Assembly: GCF_009834535.1 (NCBI RefSeq)
Contig: NC_045697.1
Span: 105,898,001 to 105,962,000, forward strand
DNA: 64,000 nt
Direction: 5' to 3'
From: Camelus ferus
Taxonomy: Eukaryota
Notes under the pieces: generated by a model
What the model was told of the DNA's origin: nothing
Database searches by the model: none
What the model saw: the letters and a program-made list of their open reading frames with translations, nothing else
Made by a program: the position numbers and the translations under genes
In this document: positions 47,078 through 59,089 of the stretch, piece after piece
Layout: each line of letters starts with the position of its first letter
Position numbering within the stretch: position 1 is the stretch's first letter

Positions 47078-50000
47078 CTATTTAAATATCAGGACACAAA
47101 AGAGAGAGACAAAGAGATTGGACTTGTTATCTGTTACCCAAGACATAAAATAGGACCACAAGGAGAATATTTCTGAAAAGATTTGACTTAATAAAAGACT
47201 GTTTTTTTTGGTGATGGAAACTTAGGATCTAGGGACAGGGAGGCCCAACGAGAAGCAACTCATTGATCCATGTCACCTTTTGCTCGTCCTTCTCTGAAAG
47301 TCCCCAGCTCTTCCTAAAACAAGCCCATCTGGGAAGAGCAAGGAGGCTTTTTCCGCTTTTGGATGGCTTCAACTCTGATGAGAACTGAGCCAAATCTAAA
47401 CATTTCCATTTCTTCAATGATTTGATAAGCAATCCAGGCCCCAAGATTCAGAAAAGAGGAAGCCCCCAACTCGCAAAGAAATACTTCTTCCTGTGAAACT
47501 CAGAAACGGCTGGAGAGCACAACAAAACCACCATGGCTGCTGCTACAGCGCCATGTGGATTCAAGTCTGGTCTGTATTATAAAGGCTGAGGGAACCTTAA
47601 CCTCCTTCCAACACCCCCCCTCCAATACCTCCATCCCGCTGTCCTTGACTTAAAGCCACAGTCTTGCTATACATTTATTGGAGCACAGTTTAAATACTCT
47701 CCAGCTCTCTTGTCTATAAAAAGGAGTCTGTTTTGGGTAACGTGTCCAGCAGTGGGTCCACCCTCACGTCCAATACAATCCAAGAAAGCGATGTCACCAG
47801 ATATCTCCACAGCTCTGAGCAAAACAGGAAAGCCATGGTGTCTGCAACATTCATCCACAGGACAAAAGGTGCCAGAACTTTCCATGGGGGAAGACGTGGT
47901 CCTGCTGCTGTGGAGATGGCTCTGGGGAGTAGGGGCGGTACCAGAGGTGAGGATATGAGAACATGAGAAGAGACCTCCACAGAGAGAGGCCAGAGCTGGA
48001 ACGTGTGAAGCCTTGGCCCCGTCTCGTGCACAGCTGTGTTATAAACGTGATGCACTTGCACATCTTGGATTGCGTTCAGCCTGGGCCACAGGACAGCTAA
48101 GGCGGGAATAAAAATAATATTACCTTAGGCCTGCCCTCCTCCAGGGTGTATGTTTCTAAGAGCTGAAAATTGCGGACATCTGTCCTCACAGCCGCAAGGG
48201 CTCAGAACGTGACGAATGATAGGCAGTTGGCGACGCCTAGTTCCTCGCTGCCCACAGTTGAGGGGGAGGGGATCTCCCTGTCTCCCTCTGTCTCTGTGTT
48301 TCTCTCCATCATCTGTCTCAGGACTGGCTGGTGGAGAAAGCCCTCAAGCCAGCTGAAACTTCCTCCGAGCTCAGACTTTGAAGCCGTGCCTCTGCTCCCT
48401 CCCACAATCATCAAATAATCAGCCTGATACATGTGTGCATTGCTGAGCAACTGTGGCCCAACAGTTGCTGAGTTGCAAGATGGCTCATGGGTGTTCCTAT
48501 TCCACTGGGAAACTGTGTTTGATATTAACCCAAACATAGGCATCGTCTAAAATGCTTGCCCGCATCCCCAGTGTGCATACTCTATATAAGGCTGCCTTTC
48601 ATGGATCAGAATTCCACAGATACTATTTTAGTTTTCATCTTAGGAGTTATGACTTAAAGGGATGGAGGCCAAATTATGGGTGGAGAAAGTGAGTACTGCA
48701 AATGAGGTGTTAACCATCAGAGCCTCACCACAAGGGCGGGGGCTGGGGGGAACAAAGAGAGGAAACAGCGTTTACACATCTCACAGGGCCTTCTTCCCCC
48801 TGCGAAAAACAGCGCATCCTCTACTGAGTCCATGTCTTAATGAACCAGATGTAATTATAAACATGAGGGTGGGAAAGACACTGAGGGAAACTGACTTTGA
48901 AAAGAAGCAGACAATTCTTTGTGTCAGATGAAAGTTTCCCTCGGTGAAGACAGCAAGCAGGGAGTGGGGTAACTGTCCCATGTTTCTTGCCCACTGCACA
49001 CAAGAACATTCTCTAAGTAGAATTAAGTTTAAAATTTGTATCAGTTGATGCTTGTTTGAGCTTTAATGTCGAGCCTAAAGTGAAAAGACTCACTCCGGGG
49101 ATTATGTAAAAATGTTCAAGTCAGACATGATGAACAGCTAACTTCCTTGGGCTCGGCTAATGAGTGAATTGGCTTAGAAATTACACTTTAGCCGGAAACC
49201 TACCCCCTTAAATAAGCTTTTGGTCTTAATGTTCAAATCCATAAAAAGCATTATTGTGGATTTAAGCCTAATATATCTGGTAGGATCAAAAGTAAGCACC
49301 CAAAATTCTTGGCAACTTTACCTGAAGCAGCAAACGTTCTCATAACCTCCCAAATCCTTGAGATTGATGGGGTACCAACTTGACTTAATTCTGGTGCCTT
49401 TCCTTTAGAGAAGGGACTCTCCAGGAGGGCAAGGTGAGTTTGTTGGCAGACCTCTGGAAGACAATGCTCTGATAAAACTGTCTCCTAGATCATCTGTTTC
49501 ATTCCGGCATAGAATCCCAGACTATGACATCAGTAAGTGTTCCTGAATCACACAGAAGACCAGTCCCAGTTGCATTTCTTTTCTGGGAGAAGTAAATTAA
49601 AACTCCCTCTCCCAGCTGATAAACTCCAATGCACTTAATCCATTTACAAATATTCACTACAAAATACATAAAATGAGAACAAAACATTGTAGGTGACTCA
49701 TACACTCTCAAAATAAGGGCCATTGTACAGGGCCAGCATCCAGAAGGGCTGATGAAAAGGCAAATGACATGACACTGAAGAATTAATGGAAATTTGCTAG
49801 TGGATCTAAGTTAAGTTTTAATATACTGTCCGTCATATTTTCTTTCTCTTTGGATTTGAGACTCTCTTTGACAGAAAACTTTGTCTGTGTGTGTTTAGAA
49901 GATACTTTTTTAATTCTAAAAATTATAGGAAGGTATAGAAGTGAACGAGGTGTCGGAAAACAATGGAGTAAAACTGAAATGTAGGTTGTGCAGATATAAA

Positions 50001-51424
50001 ACATGTCATGTATATTTTCATAGTTGATTTGAAAAATGGAATTTGCATCCCTATAACTGTAAAAATTAAGACCCCCACACTTGTAGCAAATTAATCACTT
50101 TTCTATAGTGGCCCAATAGTAAGTGAAACTGAGGTCATTTTAAAGCACACAGTATTTTCAGAGCCTTCTCAAAACCAAGAAAACCTACTCTTTTTTTCAT
50201 AATGAAGTTGGAAGTGAACTTCATTTGGACTCTTCCCCGGAAACAATTCAACTTTCAAAAGCTACTGAGACATGAGTTCTGTTTTCCCCCCGACTTTCTC
50301 AGCCTCCCAATTGTCTTTCATTTCAAAAGCACTGAGACTGCTAATTTTTCTATTATCTAGTTTAAAAATGGTTTCCTCAAATACTTTTTGCATAAAAAAG
50401 GCAGTAGAAACTCATTTCTCTTGAACCTTGATGACCTGAATTTCTTCCAGTCCTATAAAATTTTAAGTCTGCAAGAGTCAATAGACTCCCAAATTGATTT
50501 TTTTTTCAAACTTCATCATTTTTTTACTACATAATTCCAGGCATTTTGACAACTTTAGTAGCAGTTGTTTTTTGGTTTTGTTTTTGTTTTTCACCATCCT
50601 TTTCTCCCCTTCTCATGCCTTCCAGTTTCCTGATCTCATTCCCATCATGTCTTTCTCATGACCTAGTCTTCTTTCTCTCTTTCCCTTTTTATTTTTTCTT
50701 TTTTTGGTCTATATGGCTGGGATCCATTCTAAGTTATTTCCCAAATCACTTTCACCCATAATTCCTTTCACAGTGTTAGTCTGCGAGAGAATGAGAGTAT
50801 CATTGTGTGGTATAAACAAGAATTCATGCACAGTAAGGAACAGTTTGTTGGTCTTTCTTGGATGAGTGGGCTAGTAACTCTCTTTTAAGGCTGAATTAAA
50901 TGCTGCAATTGTTAATTAACTCTCTTGATAAGAAATAACTCAAAGCAAAGCATGGCTAAATAAAGCAGCAGTTATCCGACCCTCAACAGTACGGTATTCA
51001 TCTCAAGGTTTTTGCCCTCATTGTCCAATCCCTTGTAAGAACTGAATTTATTAAAATTTCAGCTCTTTTCCTTTTTTGATGGTTTCCTCCCTCAGAATGT
51101 AGAAGTTACCAGTGACTAGAGTGGGAAAATGCTAATAAACTGAGGAAAGACTTTTTCATATCAAAGGGTTCTAACCGAATAATTTTTCTTTTAGTCTCTG
51201 ACTCACACTGATACTCAGATTCTATAAAAATGAGAAACAAGTGTCTAAGCCTTAATTTTTTAATATTAGCTTTTGAAATAAACCATCTAGGATGGTAAAG
51301 ATATCTTTAATCATCTTCTGTATTCCAAGGGAGAGAAAGAAAACACAGGGATATAATATCTAGAGATGGAAGGCAGCTACATTAAAACAGAAAGATCAAG
51401 TGCTTCTTAAAGAATATTTAATCA

Positions 51425-51555
51425 TTACCTCCTCCCTACAGTGTGAGCATATTGAAGGAAGGGCCCATGACTTACCCATTTTCATGTTTGGTCTACCCGG
51501 CATGATTCCCATGGTAGAGGTAGAGGTGCTCCATAAGCATTGTTGAATGAATGAG
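51425..51555 (+). mobile_element. L2 3' end
   Basis: tgtgagcatattgaaggaagggccca...gtagaggtgctccataagcattgttgaatgaatga. Confidence 0.65.
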
Positions 51556-52616
51556 GAAGACTATAAGCATTAAACATTTAAATGGACACAATCCTAAGTG
51601 GATAAATTGGAAAGATATCTGTCACTTATTTAAGTTATATCCCAAAGTACCAGTTAGTACTTTGTATACACTTGGTGTTCAGGACATGAATGACTTAAAA
51701 TTAATAGTTATGAAATATTCATTTAATATCAACTTTCATCTTTCCCTGATGTATGTGCTGAAAACCCTCTCCTTTCTTATTTCCCCATGAGCGGCCCAAG
51801 GAAAATTGTGTTAGCATCAGATCTTGTAAGGTACAGTTTATAATCATAGAGACATAGGACACATAATTGTCAAGCCCTGCAGACTATCAGAGGTAAAATT
51901 AAGATGATACACTAGGCTTCTAATTCTAGGGCACGTCTTTGGATTCCAAATAAAGCCTGTGCTAATGATATAGAATCTGTATTGGGTCCCAAAGATCTCA
52001 ACATAGCAAGTACACATCCCAGGTTTGCTTTAAGCCCTATACGTAGTTTGTCTTCATTGAAAGCAAAAACGCTCTGAAAGTTCTAATACAATTTGAGATA
52101 TTGAAGTCATCTTGTTTAATTTTCAAGAATTATTGGATCTCCAGGAAGCCTTTTGAGATGTATTTTGCCAAGAGCAAATACATTTAAATACCCAGAGCCT
52201 CATTTATTTCTGTTCAAAACTACAGACCACATAAGGGTGGGATGACTTCTAAATTTGGCAAAGCGCCCTTTCCTGGTACTCCAGAAGTGAGCATCAATCA
52301 CCCCAAACAAGCAGCCCGCTACTAATCAGAACCACCTAATGAGTCTCATTGAAAATACTTTCAGCTATTTCTTGAGTCAAGTCGGAAAAGGCTGGGGGAA
52401 AACATCCCCTTTTGATTAAGCATCACAAATGAGAATTTCATTTAAGCAAATGCTCTCTGCTAACTAATTTGGAGAATGCACAGGAGACTGACATTTTTAG
52501 TGACAATATGGGGGGGAAACAAGGAAAGAAACACAAATATATTTACGGATGTGCTGCCCTGGGTTAAGCGAATATCTATCACAGCTAGAGATGACAGTTA
52601 ATATATACAAAAGGGA

Positions 52617-52649
<33 letters not shown>

Positions 52650-52744
52650 TCCAAACATCAATTCTCAAAGAGGAAAAGAAAAACATAAGTGTCATTTGAC
52701 AGTCTCAAAAAACACCATTTTGGTGCATTAAAATCCCTTAGAAG

Positions 52745-52854
52745 AATATATATGCATCCGTATAACTAAATCACTTTGCTGTACACTAAAAACTAACAAA
52801 ACATCATAAATCAACTATTAAAACAACAACAACAACAGCAGCAGCAGCAGCAGC
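52745..52854 (+). mobile_element. Very short cetartiodactyl-type L1 3' end with (AAC)n(AGC)n tail
   Basis: gtataactaaatcactttgctgtacactaaaaactaacaaaacatcataaatcaactat. Degenerate TSD aaaatcccttagaag (52730-52744) and aaaaaccctcaggag (52855-52869). Confidence 0.8.
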
Positions 52855-52899
52855 AAAAACCCTCAGGAGAGGCGCTAAATCATGCACTCTTACAAAGGG

Positions 52900-53360
52900 A
52901 CCACTCACCCTAAAGAGATGTTAGAGAATCCAAGGGGAATTGCAAATTCAGATGCAAAAAAAGTACATTTTAATTTTTACTCAGCTATAATTCAAATTTT
53001 AACACTCCCTTCTTTTATGAATGTAGGCAATCAACCACATTATTGTTAGCAGTATCTATGACTTTATCCTAGATTTTTCTAGGTATTTCATAATGTCATA
53101 TATATACAAATTGTAGATATCTAGAAATTTTATTCTCATCACCATTTTGAAATTATGGTGATTATAAGACCAACTGCTAGATCTTGATTATTATTTAATG
53201 TTTAAATAAAGGAACATTATTTGTCACAAATATTTTCTTAATATTTTGACACTATTTCAATATAATTGGTTTCCTGTATAATGCTATGCATTATTTTATG
53301 TGTTAAAAACATTATCCCAAGCCAACATCCTTTGACTTTTCCAGGCTGCAAAATGCAAAC
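52900..53360. mobile_element. hAT-Charlie DNA transposon remnant (MER113-like)
   Basis: atgaatgtaggcaa...ttagcagtatctatgacttt...ctgctagatcttg...atattttgacactatttcaatataattggtttcctgtataatgctatgcattattttatg...aaaaacattat. Confidence 0.7.
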
Positions 53361-54159
53361 ATTTCTGGGATAAACCAACCATTAGAGTTCAAAATAGTCA
53401 TCAGCGTATTTTTGTCTGTATCTGTAATGAATATTTACCTTGACAGAAGGACACTTTGGAGCATTCTCTACTACTTTTATGCAGTTATGTCCTAGAGTGG
53501 GAGTTTAATGGCCACACACTGTTAAATAATAGTCCCTTGTAAGCTAATTTACTAGTGAACAATAGCTAGATACATGGTTTAAGCAATGTATACACTGCAC
53601 ATTTGGGGGGAGAAAAGGAATGTTCTTTCTAATGAATAGTTTTTTACTCACATTGTCCTAGCTAGTCTACAACCTTGAAAAAATTGTGTTTATTTAGAGC
53701 AATTTACCCAGATAAGTCTTCAAGCACAAGACTTAGGTAGATGATAATAAAGAATTCGGTTTTTGGGGTAAGGGTTAGAAGCTGAATTACTCCATTTTTA
53801 TATCAATTTTCTGTATTCTCAAAAGTGGGCTACACTTTAAATATTGACATTGATGTATTGTAAATTCCACACTCCTTTTAAAAATTCATCTATCATGTCA
53901 TTCTTTGAGATCCCCTGTATAGACAAGGTTGGGTTAAGAATTGGTTCTTTGCTCACACTATTAGTTTGTGGATTCCATTTCTCGCCCCCTTTTCAACATG
54001 CAACAAATGATTCAGTGCTTTCAACGTTAGGGATTACTAGAAATATGCTTTTTAAAACCATGACTTTTTGGAAGGTTTAGAAATACAGCAACAAGACATT
54101 TGGGACTTCTTTTATGGATGACTGCCAGCGAGACCTGCCTTAGTGGAAAAAAGCAATCC

Positions 54160-54162
<3 letters not shown>

Positions 54163-54210
<48 letters not shown>
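54163..54210. repeat. (TG)24 dinucleotide microsatellite
   Basis: Direct reading; perfect repeat. Confidence 0.97.
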
Positions 54211-54214
<4 letters not shown>

Positions 54215-54514
54215 ACAGCATCCTAATCTCACTCCTCCTGCTCCATTTCCCGTGCTGTACTCCCTTGCCTCATTTCCCAGCAACTTTCAGGGGATATTTT
54301 GAGAGATGGTGTGAGAAGGAGATGAAAAACAAATGAGAGAAAAAACAGAAAGAGGGAAGCAAAGAAACAAATAAAATAAAATGTAGTCAAGTCACTTAAA
54401 AACTGCATGAATATTCTCATAAAGAGGAAAAGTGAAAAAAGTACTCTGAAAATTAAAATGTCCTTTCCCCAGAGTAGACTACTCTTCAAGGTCTGAAGGA
54501 AAAATATTTAACTT

Positions 54515-54650
54515 GCTCTCTGTCTCTTTCTTTCTCTCCTTTTTCTGTTTCTTTCTTTCTTCTTTCTTCCTTCCTTCCTTTCTTCCTTTCCTCTTTTCCT
54601 CCTTTCTTTCTTCTTTCCTTTTGTATTTCTTCATTCTTTCTGCCTCTTTT
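54515..54650. repeat. Polypyrimidine low-complexity tract (TTTC/TTCC) at the tail of an antisense L2
   Basis: Direct reading. Confidence 0.85.
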
Positions 54651-56140
54651 CATTATATTCTAAGTTCTGTTTTAGGTGCTGGGGATAAACAAGAGAGAAA
54701 CGGGGGACGGAAATATTTGCTTTCACGTTGCTTACACTGCTGGTGGCAAGGACAGTCAGCCAACAAGGTAAGTGAGAAATACAGTTAAGTGTAACGTGTG
54801 TTAGACAGTGATAAGTGCTGAAGAGAAAAATATAAAGGAGAAAGAAGATATACAGTTTTCAGGCAACAAGGTGGAATTAAAACAGCTTGGTGGGAAAAGG
54901 CCTCACAGAGAATGTGACTTCTGAGAGGACGCTGGGGAGAAAGCTCCAAGGAAAGAAGGAGACGGGCTTCCAGACGTCTGGGGTATGAGCATGCCAGGCA
55001 GAAGGAACAGCAAATGTCTTAACACTGGGAATAGTTCTTAGGAAACATCAGGGAGGCCAGTGGGTCTGGAAGAGCCAGAAATGTAATGAGGTGACAGAGA
55101 ATAACCTCAGGGGTTAGGACTATCTGTGATTTTCACTTTGACAGAGGAGTGACTGGAAGGTTTTGAACATAAGAGCAGCACGAGGGATTTTTAGGGCAAT
55201 GAAATTATTCTGTATGATACTTCAGTGGTGGCTACGTGTCATTATGCATTTGTCAAAGCCCATAGAATGTACAACATCAAGAGCGAACCCTGATGTAAAC
55301 TATGGACTTTGGTTGATAATAATGTGCCCATGTTGGTTCATCAATTATACTAAATATGCCACACTGATGAGGGATGTTGAGGGTAGGGGAGTATACATGT
55401 GTGGGTGGGGAGGGCTATGTGCAAACTCTCTATTTTCTGCTCAATTCTGTTGTGAACCTGAAACTGCTCTAAAAGAATAAAGTCTATTAAAACAAAGAAA
55501 AAGAAAGAGTGACATGATTTAACTTATGTTTGAAATGATTACTGATTCCTGTGATGAGAACAGACTAGGTAGGGGGGATCCAAACAGAGACATCAGTTGG
55601 ACCAAGTGGTAGCAGCAGTTGTGAGTAGAAGTGGCTGCGTTTTTGGTATATTTTAAGGTAAGTCAATGGGATTTGCTGATGATTTGATAACAGGTTATAA
55701 GAAAAAGAAAGGAATTAAGGAGTACTATAAGGTTTGTGGGGCAGAACAATTCGAAAACTGAAGTTGCCATGAACTCAGAGCAGAAAGCAGGTTTGGACGT
55801 TGGTGGCTGGAGGTAGCTGACGTTTTAAATTTGAGCTGCTTCTTCCCCACCCAAGGAGAGATGTCAAGCAGGTGGCTGGTTATATGGATTTAAACTTCAA
55901 GGAAGAGGTCCGTGCTAGTGAGAGGGACTTGGGAATCATCGTATATAGAAGACAACTAAAGACATGGGTCTGGTTGAGGTTGTCTTGGATGTGGGTGTAA
56001 ATATGAAAGACTATCAAAGAGAAGATGCCCAAGGTAAGGACTTTGGGACATCCCATCAATTAGAGGTGGGGGGCATGAGGAAGGACCCCCCCCCAAAAGA
56101 CTGAGAAAAAGCATCCAGAAAAATGGGAGTAATAGCCAGG
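54640..56140 (-). mobile_element. L2 (L2a-like) 3' portion, split by an L1MC insertion
   Basis: gttctgttttaggtgctggggata...gacagtgataagtgctgaagagaaaa...ggcagaaggaacagcaaatg...gactggaaggttttgaac, resuming after the insert as gagtgacatgatttaacttatgttt. Confidence 0.85.
55172..55502 (+). mobile_element. L1MC1/L1MC2-like 3' end
   Basis: gggatttttagggcaatgaaattattctgtatgatact...gaaccctgatgtaaactatggactttgg...tgtgaacctgaaactgctctaaaagaataaagtctattaaaa. Confidence 0.88.
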
Positions 56141-57948
56141 CCTGATTCCTTCAGGTGCCTTCACATGCCGTTATTTGGAGGCACTATAAATGTGAACAGC
56201 CTAGTTTAGTCCAGGGAAAATGCTGTAAGGATGATGTTGTTTAGCTCAACTTGGTTTAATGATGCTGAGAAGTATACCATATGCAACCCATTGATATTTT
56301 TGTTTGGTTTGAATTAAGGCTTGCTGGCTGCAGAAAACTGAGAATACATCATGCTGGAAGATGGGCACACAGAACACTGTGTGTGTTTTCACAGTTTCCG
56401 TGACATTTTAGCTGAGCATGGAGGACATTGCTCTCCTTTCCTCACACTTGGTATGGCTAATGCTGAACGTGTGAGGATGACAGTCACGCCATGTGACAGA
56501 TTGCAGTGTCACACACATGGGATACTGTTTCCACCACAGGGATGAGCAGAAGGGAATCGTGGCTGTGAGAGAGAAACTGTTCAGCCGCAAACAGCGTCAC
56601 AAACTAGCAATGCAAATTGAGAAAGCTACCAGCTTCCTTCCGGTTGTTCCCTCTTCCCCGTTAAATCCAAGTATGCTTTTTTTTGCTTTTTTTTTTTTTT
56701 CTGAATTCATGCTATCTCCACCACTACTGGGACAGTCAGTTGTATTTGCAAAAAATACCCCACTAATGTTGTGTCAAGAGAGCATTCAGCAAATGTAGAC
56801 CTTTAGTCTGGGAAAAACTGGCTTGCTTGGGCAATCAAGTAATGATACCTGAGAGGAGAAAAGAAGTGTGAGGGAAAGGAGTGGAGCACGTACATTGCTC
56901 ATACAAAGCCGTGTTTACAATTTAAAAGTCAGATTTCTTTGACTGGGGAAAAGACCCAACATCATTTGAAGAGGATAGCAATCTAGGGTGTGGCGCTGTG
57001 TAGGGTCCGCCCTTCTTGTTCCTCTGGGGACACTGAGGTCCTTTCTCTGAGCAATAGCACCGCCCCCAGAGACAGACCAGGGATGGCAAGGAAGGAGACT
57101 GAGATGTCTTGGTTCTTCCAATGCTGTATATCATGGTCTTAAGAAGAAGCAGAAAAAAAATATTTAGGTAGAAGAAAAGTTAAATATTGACTAAAATGAA
57201 CTTCCAGATATTTTGTGAAGTTAATCTGTTCATGTTTTCTCTGTCGCCCATTCTAGAATGGGAGAATCTTAGCAACACAAGCCCAGTGAGCAGATGACCT
57301 CACTTAGGTGTGGGGGGAACATGCCTCCCTCCGTCTCTCTTTCTGTATGGTTGTTTCTGTCTCTCTCTCCCTCTCTGTTCTGCTTCTCTCTCCTCCACAA
57401 TCTCTCCTCATCTTTCCTCCACAGTAATATTGTTAACTTTAGAATTCACTGATTTTTTTTCTAGATAAGATCTTTGATAGAATTTCATTACATAACAAAT
57501 TATTTGCTCCTCAGGCTTCATTTCATACTCAGTCAAGGGGGAAGAATTCACACCCTAACTGATTTCTTTTGGGGACCATAATTATTTGTTTTAGGGAGTG
57601 TGTGAGGGATGACGTTTGAATTCTAAGACTTAGGCATCCTAATCTGCGAGGTAAAAGCTGGTGACTGGAACCGCTGATCTTATATTTTCAGAATTGATTT
57701 CATTAAGTTTGTGAAGAATAACAGCTCTCATTTTATTCTTAGATATTGCTCTTGATAAATATTAAATAAAATAATAAGAAAGAGGGAGCTCAACTCCTTA
57801 CAGCCTTCCTCCTCTTATGGAAATAATGTGCCATATAAGAAAGCTGAAATTTATTTAGCTCCACATGTGCTCTTCTGAGCAACAAAAATGTATTAACAGC
57901 AATTGGCAGGAATTAACAAGAATATCAGATTGACCACCTGGAACAAAC

Positions 57949-57998
57949 CTTTATTTTATTTTATTTTATTTTATTCTATTTTATTTTATTTTATTTTT
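57949..57998. repeat. (TTTTA)n pentanucleotide repeat
   Basis: Direct reading; one TTCTA variant unit. Confidence 0.9.
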
Positions 57999-58389
57999 TA
58001 AAGTAGTGCTTTAATCCTTTGGACTCCGTGATAAAATTAGGTCAATGAAGGTGATACAGTTTAATAATGTGATCAAAAGCACCCTGAGGAAATATAAAGT
58101 CAACAGTAATTCAACTTGTGTTTTAGATTTATAGCCTCCAACTTTGTAGCATTGAAGAAAATTCCATCAAGTGTTTCCTGCATCTCTTTTTCTCCCTGGA
58201 GGAAAACAAAATATTTATTTCCCTTTCCCATGATTAGAGAATTGTCACTTTTAAAAAGCAATGCTCTTTGTCCCCAAAGCAGAAACATAACAAGAAAATC
58301 ACAGTACATTTTCTGATGAACTTTTGGGACTTACACTTGATGATCCCTCCTTTACTGAGGCGTTTCCTGTAAGTGTGCAGAGGTGTGTT

Positions 58390-58568
58390 TTACTGAATGC
58401 TACTGCACAGAACTGCACACACTCCACTTCCTCGAAGGCTTTCAACAGCCTCGTAAGTCGTGTTTTATTACCCTCATTTTCCAGAGAACATTAGGTATCA
58501 GAAAGTGTAAACGACTTGCTGGATGCTATGGTTTGAAGTGTTGGAGCCAGGATTTGAACCTAGACCCA
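58390..58568 (-). mobile_element. MIR
   Basis: tttactgaatgctactg...tcaacagcctcgtaagt...ttattaccctcattttccagag...ggagccaggatttgaacctaga. Confidence 0.7.
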
Positions 58569-59089
58569 AAGATGAAGATGTATATACAATGATGAGTTAT
58601 TTCATTTCTTAAATGACATATAATCATGTGTGCACATCTGTGCACGGTGAGGGCGTGGGCGGCAATCTATGCAAGCCAGCCAACAGAACAGATGAGAGTA
58701 TGGTTCTTTTGTCCTTGGTTCAGAAAATGGGATATAAGGGAATGAAAGTGATGTTGGGATCTGGGGCTGGAATGCTTCTGTGCTGTTGAATAACCTTCTC
58801 CTGTGCATATGAGGTCAGTTACCTCTGGAAAGGAGACAAATACAATGGAAAGATCTCAGGTCCCAAAGCTTCTAAGCCGTCACCAGAGGCCTGGACTCCT
58901 ATTCAAAATATTTCTTAAAATGTACTTTGGATCCTCTCATTATATTAGCCTAGAGCATCTCCTAACTAATATAGAATTGACCATATTAAACATTAATTAA
59001 CAGATTAAACATTAATGATCTGAATTACAACCAAGGATTTAGAAAATAGCAGAGTGAAATGGAAGAAAATTGGAAAAAATAATAATGAA

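Noticed and set aside
47528..47589. Strong Kozak context (accaccATGG) ORF
   Set aside because: Only 18 codons, with no splice donor or other support.
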